Assembly (NCBI GenBank): GCA_050250895.1
Contig: JBFWNU010000010.1
Location: 133,696 to 197,695, forward strand
Source of the DNA: Vulcanimicrobiota bacterium
GTDB taxonomy: Bacteria; Vulcanimicrobiota; Xenobia; Xenobiales; JADMJV01
Direction of reading: 5' to 3'
DNA: 64,000 bases
Positions 56,807 through 64,000 of the stretch are shown here, piece by piece (the stretch's first letter is position 1; every line of letters begins with the position of its first letter). The position numbers and the translations under genes are program-made. The notes under the pieces were generated by a model. The model made no database searches. It was not told the origin of the DNA and worked only from the letters and a program-made list of their open reading frames with translations.

Positions 56807-58644
56807 CCGCGGCCGCCCTGGTGGCCCTGGCCGCCTTCGCTCACACCTCGGCCTTCGCGCCCCCGGCTTTGCTTCTCCTGGCTGCGGGTCTGGCGGCAAT
56901 CTGGTTGGGAGACCGCTTCGACCTCGACCTACCCCGCACCGGGGCGGTGGTGGTGGGTGCCCTCGTGGTCATCTTCATGGTCGGTCCCGAGGCCCCCGAA
57001 GGGCACCACTTCTTCGAACCCGCCATGGGACCGGCCTTTCGTGGAGGCCTGGCAGCCGCCGCCACCCTCGTGTTGCTGCTGTTTCGTCGCTGCCCCGGCA
57101 ACCAGATCTACCTGCGAATAGCCGTGGCTCTGGGCTTGATGATGGCCGCCGGAGTGGTGCGTGAGGCGATTCCCTACGCCTTCTTCGTGGCCGCCGAGGT
57201 GGTCTTTCTCCTGCTCTTTCTGCGGGCCGGCCACCAGGCCGCCGCCCTGACCCCCGGTTCTCTCCTGGCCGCCCTTCTGGTGGCCGGCCTGGCCAGTGCC
57301 ATGGCCATCTCCCTGGCCTGGAGCGAGACCCAGATGTCGATGGCCATCGAACTCTTCACGGGCAGTTCTGGCTCCTCCATCTTTTCGCCCAACACCGACC
57401 TGACCTGGGCCAATCGCCGCCAGGGCTCGACCAGAATGGTGGCTCAGGTATGGGCCGACAAGCCCCCGGTCTATATGACCGGCATTCGCTACCAGACCTA
57501 CAATCAGGGACGCTGGCTGGCCAACGACCACCGCGTGCAACTCGAGCGTCAGCAGGGCGCCCCCTATTTTCGCGGTTACAACTACCTGTGCGGCTCGACC
57601 CCTGAGCAACCCGCCAAGCTGCGAGTCCAGCTGTCCTCTTTGCCGGCGATCAGCCTGCTTCACCCGGTCGGCACCCGGGTGGTGGGCATCGAGGTGCCCA
57701 CCTTGCGACGCGACCCTCTGGGCACGCTCTATCTGACTCCCCAGGTGCCCTTTGACGGAGGCTACGAGCTGGCCTATGGCGCCCCCCTCGGCGACGATGA
57801 CCCCGCCCTGCTGCAAGCCTGCCTGCAGTTGCCCGAGGACACCCCGCCCGAGGTCTATGAACTGGCCCACCAGTTCATCGAAGGCGCGCCCACCGCCGAG
57901 GCAGCCGTGCTTGGCCTGCAGTCCTACTTTCAAGAGAATTTCGAATACGGCTTTGGCCGCAAGCCTCGCAAAGGCGAGAACATCGTCGAGGTCTTCCTGC
58001 GCGAGAAACCGCCCGCCCACTGCGAGATCTTCGCCACCTCGATGGCCATGATCTTGCGGGCCGGCCACATCCCCACCCGCTACGTGAACGGCTTTCTGGT
58101 GGCCGAGCGCAGCCGCTTCGGCAACTACTGGGTCACCCGTGACCGCGACGCCCACGCCTGGGTCGAGGCCTACCTGCCTGGCCACGGCTGGGTCACTGCC
58201 GATCCCACGCCCCCCAGCGCCCTGGCCAGCCCCCCGGTGCCGGCCTGGCGCGAGACGGTCGAGTGGCTCACGACGGGCGTCAAGCGCCTGTTCAATCAGA
58301 TGCGCCAGAGCCCCACGAGTTTGCTCAAGTCCTGGCCCTTCGCTCTGGTGGTATTCTATCTGCTGTTTCGCCTTGGCCGCCGCCTCCGCTTTCGCTTACC
58401 TTCACGCCCATCCCGACCGGTGGCCCCTGAGCTCTCCCGCCTGCAAGCGTTGCTGGCTCGGTGCGAGAAGGCCCAGGCCGCCGAGGGTCGCCTGCGTGAC
58501 CCGAGTCTGACCGTGCTCGAGTGGGCCGAGTCCCTTCCCGATCAGCAGATCCGCGAGTTTTTGGCCAACTATTCGGCCCTTCGCTACGCCCGGGCAGTCC
58601 CCAGCGCGGCTCAGGTCGACGACCTCGAGAAGCTGCTACCGTAG
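56800..58644 (+). CDS. Membrane transglutaminase-like protein (TgpA-like)
   Basis: Multiple TM; triad motifs HCEIFA, HAWVE and DPT. Confidence 0.9.
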   Translation: MLTAAALVALAAFAHTSAFAPPALLLLAAGLAAIWLGDRFDLDLPRTGAVVVGALVVIFMVGPEAPEGHHFFEPAMGPAFRGGLAAAATLVLLLFRRCPGNQIYLRIAVALGLMMAAGVVREAIPYAFFVAAEVVFLLLFLRAGHQAAALTPGSLLAALLVAGLASAMAISLAWSETQMSMAIELFTGSSGSSIFSPNTDLTWANRRQGSTRMVAQVWADKPPVYMTGIRYQTYNQGRWLANDHRVQLERQQGAPYFRGYNYLCGSTPEQPAKLRVQLSSLPAISLLHPVGTRVVGIEVPTLRRDPLGTLYLTPQVPFDGGYELAYGAPLGDDDPALLQACLQLPEDTPPEVYELAHQFIEGAPTAEAAVLGLQSYFQENFEYGFGRKPRKGENIVEVFLREKPPAHCEIFATSMAMILRAGHIPTRYVNGFLVAERSRFGNYWVTRDRDAHAWVEAYLPGHGWVTADPTPPSALASPPVPAWRETVEWLTTGVKRLFNQMRQSPTSLLKSWPFALVVFYLLFRLGRRLRFRLPSRPSRPVAPELSRLQALLARCEKAQAAEGRLRDPSLTVLEWAESLPDQQIREFLANYSALRYARAVPSAAQVDDLEKLLP

Positions 58645-58763
58645 TGCATGTTTACAACTCGATCACATGCTGGCAAACCAGCTTCTCTAGGCTGATCGCG
58701 TCCAACCACTCATCAGGCCTCTCGCGTGTTCGCGGCCAGGCCTACATTTGGTTAGGAGAGATA

Positions 58764-59417
58764 ATGATGATTACCGCCACTAAACTTCCCGCCGGAAGTC
58801 TCTATAAGACCCAGCAAACCCCGCCTCAGCAGCCGCCGACTCAGCCCGAGCCGCCGGCCGCCGACCCGGTGGCTGACGCCTACACCCGCAACACCGCCTA
58901 TCTGGGCGAACTCAAAGGCCGCGCCGAAGCGGGCGAGCAGAACCTGGGTGACACCCTGCGCGCCGAGTCGGCCGCCACCAAGCAAGCCTTCAAGACCTCG
59001 CTGGGCGAGTGTAAACTGCCCACCAGCGCCGAAGAGGCCCGCAACCTGACCCTGGCTGCCATGCAGGCCGGCATGATGGCCGGTGCCCTCGACGGCGCCG
59101 TGCTGATGGCCGTCAACGAGAGCCTGACCGCCGAACAACCCAGCGGCATTCCCAGCTTCGACGAGATGATGGAAGAACTTGGCAAGATTTGGGAGCAGGC
59201 CAAGGCCGCCCTCAAAGAGCTGGGCGTCGGCGCCCTCGAGCAGATGTCGGCCGGTGGCCGCTCGGTCTCGGCCCAAGCCTATGACAACGCCGAGATGTTC
59301 GTAGGTCGCGAAGACGTTCCCGTGCAGGCCTTCCAGGCTTACCTGAGCGGCGCTTTCGCTGCCGGCTACGCCACTTCGGCCATCGACGGCGTGTTGCTGT
59401 TTAAAGCCGGCCAGTAG
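58764..59417 (+). CDS. Hypothetical helical protein with Pro/Gln-rich leader and internal duplication
   Basis: AGGAGA RBS; AGMMAGALDGAVLM and AAGYATSAIDGVLL. Confidence 0.75.
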   Translation: MMITATKLPAGSLYKTQQTPPQQPPTQPEPPAADPVADAYTRNTAYLGELKGRAEAGEQNLGDTLRAESAATKQAFKTSLGECKLPTSAEEARNLTLAAMQAGMMAGALDGAVLMAVNESLTAEQPSGIPSFDEMMEELGKIWEQAKAALKELGVGALEQMSAGGRSVSAQAYDNAEMFVGREDVPVQAFQAYLSGAFAAGYATSAIDGVLLFKAGQ

Positions 59418-59433
59418 AGTCGGCGTGAGCCTT

Positions 59434-59479
59434 AGGGGACTTGCCAGGCTAAGAAGCCTTCGCAGGTCCCCTTTGTTTT
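59434..59479 (+). terminator. Rho-independent terminator
   Basis: aggggacttgc...gcaggtcccct followed by ttgtttt. Confidence 0.65.
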
Positions 59480-59489
59480 GGCGGGACGG

Positions 59490-60143
59490 TTAGGCCGAAA
59501 CCTGAAACCGTTGCCTGAGGCCGTCGGCGTCGGTCCATGTCGCGCCGGGCAGGCTCGAGACCGAACCGCCTGGGTCCGGCGGTCCCGGGCCCCTGGCCAG
59601 GATGCTTTGCACTTGCTCGATTTGCCTGGCCACCTCGGGATCCCCGGGATCGAGTTGAAATTGGCGTTGGAGGATGGCCAGGCACTCATGGAGCCGGTCG
59701 GCCTGATAGAGCGCGCCCGCCAGGTGAAAGAAGACTTCTAGATGGTCTTCTGGCTGGTCCTCGATCAGCTCGAGAGCCTGGCGAAAGTAGTCGATGGCGG
59801 TGCCCAGTTGACCCAGGTTGCGGTAGCAGACGCCGGTTAGATGCACCGCCCAGGGGCGCATCTCGCTGTTGCGTGAGACCCGAAAAAATTGCCCGATGGC
59901 GGCTCGATAGCGAGCCGACTTGAAGTAGAGAAAGCCCAGACCAAAGTAGAGCGCGGGCTCTGGTTGCCGAGCCACCCGGTGCAACAGCTCTCTGGCGAAC
60001 GCCCGGCGTTGGTCGGCCGGGCAGACCTCGACCGTGATATCGGGCCGGCCCTGCTCGAGCGCCAGCCAGGCCACGGGCAAGGCGTGAGAACCGTCTTGCT
60101 GCCAGAGGGCGTAGAGCGAGTCCAATTGCTCTGTCGGAGTCAC
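59490..60143 (-). CDS. TPR protein
   Basis: YFGLGFLY, LTGVCYRNLGQ...AIDYFRQALE and FHLAGALY. Confidence 0.8.
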   Translation of the reverse strand: MTPTEQLDSLYALWQQDGSHALPVAWLALEQGRPDITVEVCPADQRRAFARELLHRVARQPEPALYFGLGFLYFKSARYRAAIGQFFRVSRNSEMRPWAVHLTGVCYRNLGQLGTAIDYFRQALELIEDQPEDHLEVFFHLAGALYQADRLHECLAILQRQFQLDPGDPEVARQIEQVQSILARGPGPPDPGGSVSSLPGATWTDADGLRQRFQVSA

Positions 60144-60259
60144 TCCGCTATCTTAACACGCTGCGGCGAGCACACGCGAGCCGAATCGGGCGCGGCGGCC
60201 TCGAGCCGATGTCGGCCCGGGCAAGCCTTCCCGGCTTACCTGAGCGGCCGGCCTTGCCC

Positions 60260-60805
60260 TTACTTGGCGTCTTCGAGGAGGCGTTCGACCAGACGCCAGT
60301 CACCCAGGCGATAGTGTTGGGCCAGTTGCATCGCCGTCTGCTTTCGCTCGTTCTCGAGAGCTGGCTTGGCCCCGCCCAGAAGCAACTCCTTGACCGTTTC
60401 CTCGTTGCCTGCACGGGCGGCGAGATGTAGGGGCGTGTTACCTGCTTTTTCGGGCAAGTTGGGGTTGGCACCCTGTTCCAGCAGATACCGACAAGCCGGC
60501 GTATGGCGATTGCTGGCGGCCAAATGCAGGGCGCTCAATCCATGGTGGTCGACGGCATCCCGATCGGCGCCGGCCTCGACGAGCAACTGGAGCATCTTCA
60601 GGTTGCCCGTGGTGGCGGCCAGGAGCAAGGCCGTGCGACCTTCATTGTTGCGGGCCTCCAGGTTGGAATCGGCTAGCACTGCTTGGGCCGCCTCCACGTC
60701 ACCGGCGATGGCGGCTCGTTGAAGTGGCGTTGAAGCGACGCGTTCGTTGGTCCAACCGGGTGCGACCAGAACCAGGACGAAGAGAGTGAGAAAGATAGAT
60801 TTCAT
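60260..60805 (-). CDS. Exported ankyrin-repeat protein
   Basis: Signal peptide; TPLQRAA, GRTALLLAA, SALHLAA and GNTPLHLAA. Confidence 0.9.
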   Translation of the reverse strand: MKSIFLTLFVLVLVAPGWTNERVASTPLQRAAIAGDVEAAQAVLADSNLEARNNEGRTALLLAATTGNLKMLQLLVEAGADRDAVDHHGLSALHLAASNRHTPACRYLLEQGANPNLPEKAGNTPLHLAARAGNEETVKELLLGGAKPALENERKQTAMQLAQHYRLGDWRLVERLLEDAK

Positions 60806-61074
60806 GGGGGCAGAGCAGTCCTTTCAGAACTCGAGGACCAAGCTCGAAGAGACTTCTGCGAAAGCGCGAGCCGGGCGGTAGAGGGTGCGGCGCGGCCGGA
60901 CCGGCGCGCGGGGTCCCCGGAGACGGGGAGAGGACTAGCGGTCACACCAGCCTCTCCCTGGTTTCGAGCCGGGCGACAATCGACCTTCTACTCGATGAGC
61001 AGCCGGTCCCCGATGATCGTGTTCCTTAGGGGAGCGCGAGCCGGGTGTTTCACCCGGCCCGCGAAACGAGCCGC

Positions 61075-62106
61075 TCAGACGGCTTCCAGCACCTTGGCGC
61101 GCGGTAGCACTCCGTTGAGCTTCACTGCTTGCTCCGAGAGCACGCTGGCGAAGATCAGTGGGACTACGATGGTGGCATCGGATTCGATCATGAAGCGGGG
61201 GGTGTCGTGGCCTAGCTTCTCCCAGGTGATCTTCTCGTTAGGAGTGGCCCCCGAGTAAGAGCCGTAGCTGGTGGTCGAGTCCGACACCTGGCAGAAGTAG
61301 CCCCACAGGGGCACTTCTTCCTCGATGTCCTGGCGCAACATCGGGACCACGCAGATGGGAAAATCGCCGGCGATGCCACCGCCGATTTGAAAGAAGCCGA
61401 TCCGGCCGTCACGGCTTTCGCGTTGGTACCAGCCGGCTAGCTCCATCATATACTCGATGCCGCTCTTGACCAGCGAGGGGCTCTTGATGTCGCCGCGCAG
61501 GCAGTGGCCGGCAAAGATGTTGCCGGTGGTCGAGTCCTCCCAGCCCGGCACGAAGATGGGCAGGTTGCGCTCGCAAGCGGCCACCAGCCAACTGTCGTCG
61601 GTGTCGATCTGGTAGAAGTGCTCGAGTTTGCCCGAGCGGATGATGCGATAGAGAAATTCGTGGGGAAAGAGGCGCTCGCCGGCCGCCTGGGCGGCCAGCC
61701 ACTCTTCGAGCAACACGCCCTCTACCCGGCGAATGGCCTCGGCTTCGGGAATGCAAGTGTCGGTCACGCGATTGAGATTGCGTTCGAGGAGAGCGGCTTC
61801 ATCCTGCGGGGTCAAGTTGCGCCAACCAGGAATCCGTTCATAGTGGTCGTGGGCTACCAGATTGAAGAGGTCTTCCTCCAGATTGGCCCCCGTACAACTG
61901 ATGGCGTGGACTTTGTCCATCCTGATCATCTCGGCTAGCGACAGTCCTAGCTCGGCGGTACTCATGGCTCCCGCCATGGCGACCAGCATCTTACCGTCAG
62001 CCTCGATCAGAGCTCGGTAACCCTCCGCCGCGTCAACTAGCGCGGCTGCGTTGAAGTGCCGAAAGTGGTGGCGCAAGAAGGCCCTCACCTCTCCGCAATG
62101 TTTCAT
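61075..62106 (-). CDS. Deoxyhypusine synthase-like protein (probable homospermidine synthesis)
   Basis: FRHFNAA, AGAMSTAELG, CTGANLEED, IGGGIAGDF and GSYSGATPNEKITW. Confidence 0.9.
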   Translation of the reverse strand: MKHCGEVRAFLRHHFRHFNAAALVDAAEGYRALIEADGKMLVAMAGAMSTAELGLSLAEMIRMDKVHAISCTGANLEEDLFNLVAHDHYERIPGWRNLTPQDEAALLERNLNRVTDTCIPEAEAIRRVEGVLLEEWLAAQAAGERLFPHEFLYRIIRSGKLEHFYQIDTDDSWLVAACERNLPIFVPGWEDSTTGNIFAGHCLRGDIKSPSLVKSGIEYMMELAGWYQRESRDGRIGFFQIGGGIAGDFPICVVPMLRQDIEEEVPLWGYFCQVSDSTTSYGSYSGATPNEKITWEKLGHDTPRFMIESDATIVVPLIFASVLSEQAVKLNGVLPRAKVLEAV

Positions 62107-63014
62107 CTTTCACGCTCCCTTTCAGGTGGATTGCTTGCTTTCACAAGATTGATCAGCCGATAGACCAGTTTGGCCACGGCAAACTCTGCGTAATGTAGTC
62201 CGGGTTGGGGGGCAAGTTCCACGCAATCAAACCCGACTACGTGGGGGGCCGCCAGCCGGAAGATCTCCTCGGTCTGCAGCCAGGTAAGACCGAACGGCTC
62301 GGGCGTACCGGTGGCCGGCACGATGGAGGGGTCGAGGCCGTCGACATCCAGGCTAAAGAAGACCCGGCGGCCCTTCAGGCGAGCCCGGAATTCGTCTTGC
62401 CAGCCGCCCTGGTGAATCTCTTCAGTGGACCAGACTCGATAGCGGTCGGGACTCGAGCGGGCGAAGGCCACCTCTTCGGGGCACACCGAGCGAACACCCA
62501 GGTGAAGAATCTGCTCGACACCAGGCTCTTCGGCCAGGCGCCGCGCCACCGAGGCGTGGCTCAGGCGATCGCCCTCATACTGGTCGCGGTAATCGGCGTG
62601 GGCGTCGATGATGACCACCGTCAGGGGACCACCCAAACCGCGCAAAAGGCCGCGGCCGGTGCCCAGGCTGATGGTGTGTTCGCCTCCCAGAACGCCCACT
62701 AGTTTGCCCTGGCGGGCAAACTCGGCCACGCGAGTGGCCAGACGCTCGAGCGAATCGATGACGCTTCCGCCTACATTGATTGGGTCGGCGGTATGAATCC
62801 CATAATCCAAAGCCATCTCGCGCTCGAACTCGCGATCATAGAGTTCGACCTGACAGGAGGCTTCAAGGATTGCCTGTGGGCCGCTTGCGGTTCCGCTTCC
62901 ATAAGAGACCGAGGCTTCGAGTGGACATGCGATCAGCACGACCTCGGAGGTGTTTGGCAGGGAAGCAGAAGAAGGGAGCCCCAGGAAGGGCACCCCTACA
63001 GCTGGCTGTTTCAA
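62103..63014 (-). CDS. speB: Agmatinase (ureohydrolase)
   Basis: GGEHTIS, DAHAD, SHAS, DVDGLDP and PATGTPEP; TTG start with no clear SD. Confidence 0.9.
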   Translation of the reverse strand: MKQPAVGVPFLGLPSSASLPNTSEVVLIACPLEASVSYGSGTASGPQAILEASCQVELYDREFEREMALDYGIHTADPINVGGSVIDSLERLATRVAEFARQGKLVGVLGGEHTISLGTGRGLLRGLGGPLTVVIIDAHADYRDQYEGDRLSHASVARRLAEEPGVEQILHLGVRSVCPEEVAFARSSPDRYRVWSTEEIHQGGWQDEFRARLKGRRVFFSLDVDGLDPSIVPATGTPEPFGLTWLQTEEIFRLAAPHVVGFDCVELAPQPGLHYAEFAVAKLVYRLINLVKASNPPERERER

Positions 63015-63021
63015 TGTGCAG

Positions 63022-63084
63022 CTAGCTCGGGATGCCGGATTCGTTATTGACGGAATATACGAGTCTAGTGACTACGGTAAACAT
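63022..63084 (-). CDS. Putative leader peptide MFTVVTRLVYSVNNESGIPS (20 aa)
   Basis: GGAGA 8 nt before ATG 63084; TAG ends 7 nt before the speB TTG. Confidence 0.6.
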   Translation of the reverse strand: MFTVVTRLVYSVNNESGIPS

Positions 63085-63178
63085 TCTAAAGGTCTCCAAT
63101 ACCAACGCCGAAACGTTGAAAATCGGGCGTTTCCTTAGAGACCACTCAGAATGGTCCGCCGTAACCTTCCCAGAATAA

Positions 63179-63207
63179 AAGATAGGGCCCCGACCCCCCT
63201 TTGTCAA
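63179..63207 (-). promoter_or_regulatory. Sigma-70 promoter of the leader-speB-DHS operon
   Basis: Minus strand reads TTGACA-N17-TATCTT. Confidence 0.7.
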
Positions 63208-63268
63208 TAGGTGGGGGCACCCAATTTCGGACCGAAGGTTTCCGGCTGGCCGCCTGAGAATACGGGGA

Positions 63269-63643
63269 TTGGTGAAAGCATACATCCTGATAGTCGACGA
63301 TGAGCCGGGCTACACCGACATGGTGAGCATGATTCTCAAGCAAGCCGGCTACGAGACTGTCTCGGCTCACAACGGCGACGAGGCTTTGCGTCGACACGAT
63401 GAACGCCCCGCCGACCTGTGGCTGCTCGACATTTTTATGCCTGACAAGGATGGCTTCGAGGCGCTGCGCGAATTGCGGAGTCGGGGCGAACAGGTGCCGG
63501 TGATCTGCGTCTCGTCTTCGTCGGTCAAGGAGTATCTCGAGATCGCCGAGCGGATGGGGGCCGTCGGCACCTTGCGCAAACCCTTCGACCCCGAGGACCT
63601 GGTCCATCTCGTCGACCGGGCCCTGGCCACCGCTCGCCACTAG
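63269..63643 (+). CDS. Single-domain response regulator
   Basis: ILIVDDE, LLDIFMPDKDG and KPF. Confidence 0.9.
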   Translation: MVKAYILIVDDEPGYTDMVSMILKQAGYETVSAHNGDEALRRHDERPADLWLLDIFMPDKDGFEALRELRSRGEQVPVICVSSSSVKEYLEIAERMGAVGTLRKPFDPEDLVHLVDRALATARH

Positions 63644-63659
63644 TCCGAAAGGCCCACCG

Positions 63660-64000
63660 CCGCGGACAGGCGACTTCCGCGCGGAAGAAGCTGCGCCCCA
63701 AGTGGCCTGGGTCGGCCAGCCGCGAGACACCTGGTCGACTTCCGCACGGAAGAAGGTGCGCCCCCAAGTGGCCTGGGCCGGCCTGCCGCGAGCCACCTCG
63801 GCAACTTCCATCTGGGTAGGCGACTTCCGCACGGAAGAAAAGCACCGACCAGGCTGCGAGACCCTGGTCGACGTCCGCGCGGAAGAAGGCACCGCCGTGC
63901 GGATAGGCCTGGGTCGGCCAGCCGCGAGACACCTGGTCGACTTCCGCGCGGAAGAAAGCGCCGTGCGGACAGGCGACTTCCGCGCGGAAGAAAAGCGCCG
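63660..64000. repeat. Mosaic palindromic repeat cluster (REP/BIME-like), runs off the window
   Basis: Core CGACTTCCGCRCGGAAGAA at 63671, 63736, 63821, 63869 (one mismatch), 63938 and 63974. Confidence 0.8.

Noticed and set aside
63085-63172. Guanidine riboswitch in the speB leader
   Set aside because: No paired ACGR-loop hairpins or other class consensus recognisable by eye; Rfam was not run.
63022-63285. 87-aa ORF upstream of speB
   Set aside because: It spans the predicted promoter and overlaps the response regulator start; only its last 20 codons have an SD-supported start.
63660-64000. CRISPR array
   Set aside because: Spacing is irregular (36-85 nt), the intervening sequences are themselves repeated, and no cas genes are in the window.

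Overview
GC-rich, gene-dense bacterial chromosomal window with about 60 CDSs. I found no rRNA, tRNA, CRISPR array or autonomous transposase. Housekeeping genes (preTA, an SDR, radA-PIN/TRAM-ispD, speB plus a deoxyhypusine-synthase-like gene) are mixed with accessory loci. These include an MNT-HEPN pair, a secreted TPR-CHAT protease, a seven-gene DUF1257/DUF2997/radical-SAM/Ycf46-AAA plus GrpE/Hsp70/WD40-like module split by a MITE-like element, two duplicated Ig-like lipoproteins, two minor-pilin cassettes, several two-component and c-di-GMP genes, an UrtA-SpoIIE-STAS partner-switch locus and a MoxR-DUF58-transglutaminase operon. The Firmicutes-like radA-yacL-ispD order, the many minor-pilin sets and the frequent leaderless promoters suggest a Terrabacteria lineage such as Eremiobacterota/Vulcanimicrobiota; this is inference only. 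Best leads: (1) a 20-codon leader ORF ending Pro-Ser-stop in front of the polyamine operon, with an open +1 frame into agmatinase; (2) the seven-gene AAA/radical-SAM/dedicated-chaperone module; (3) four dispersed orphan proteins with similar non-Sec N-terminal leaders, two of which share a promoter motif. All family calls come from motif recognition by eye; no database search was run.
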